Shown here piece after piece: positions 63,865 through 64,000 of a DNA stretch of 64,000 nucleotides; the stretch's first letter is position 1, and each line of letters starts with the position of its first letter. Under the pieces are notes generated by a model, which saw only the letters and a program-made list of their open reading frames with translations, ran no database searches and was not told the origin of the DNA. Both the position numbers and the translations under genes were made by a program. Source of the stretch: Kiritimatiellia bacterium (lineage in GTDB: Bacteria; Verrucomicrobiota; Kiritimatiellia; RFP12; UBA1067); the NCBI GenBank assembly GCA_050949565.1, contig JBMNFY010000017.1, positions 1,152,001-1,216,000 of the forward strand, in the 5' to 3' direction.

Positions 63865-64000
63865 AACGGCCGCAATTCAGGTTTTGCAACAGGCCGGAAC
63901 GGCGCTGCACGCCAAGGATATCGCCGAGCAGATCATGGCTGCCGGTCTCTGGCAGTCCGGAGGTAAGACCCCAGAGGCCACCGTCAGCGCCCGGCTCTAC
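63854..64000 (+). CDS. HARE-HTH domain protein (possibly Mrr-type restriction protein), 3'-truncated by window
   Basis: MDVKTAAIQVLQQAGTALHAKDIAEQIMAAGLWQSGGKTPEATVSARLY matches the HARE-HTH pattern. Confidence 0.75.
   Translation, partial: MDVKTAAIQVLQQAGTALHAKDIAEQIMAAGLWQSGGKTPEATVSARLY

Overview
64-kb GC-rich bacterial chromosomal segment. The 16S signatures and gene content point to the PVC superphylum, most plausibly Kiritimatiellota/Lentisphaerae-like (inference). In order: the 3' end of a probable GH36-like glycosidase; an F1Fo ATP synthase operon (atpBEFHAGDC, minus strand, atpF frameshifted, short epsilon, no atpI); a small decayed restriction-nuclease islet; TonB receptor, HAD hydrolase, RhaT-like transporter and secreted hydrolases; a complete rRNA operon (16S-tRNA-Ala-tRNA-Ile-23S-5S, minus strand); a sugar/amino-sugar catabolic cluster; pgl, alr, an ABC exporter, recN, an ftsB-like gene, an eboF/eboD-like pair, regulators and a GH115-like enzyme; and a defence island (HTH, type I R-M hsdM-hsdS-four-helix bundle-YhcG-hsdR, HARE-HTH gene running off the edge). 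The most unusual signal is non-coding or embedded in coding sequence. Inverted 7-nt-period repeat arms enclose the four-helix-bundle gene and also occur as an 'empty' in-frame hairpin inside hsdM. There is also a 101-bp TIR-bounded element carrying a REP doublet, mosaics of 7/8/9-mer repeats in the spacers, and a candidate four-way-junction small RNA at the island edge. No CRISPR array was seen. All calls come from reading the sequence; no database searches were run.
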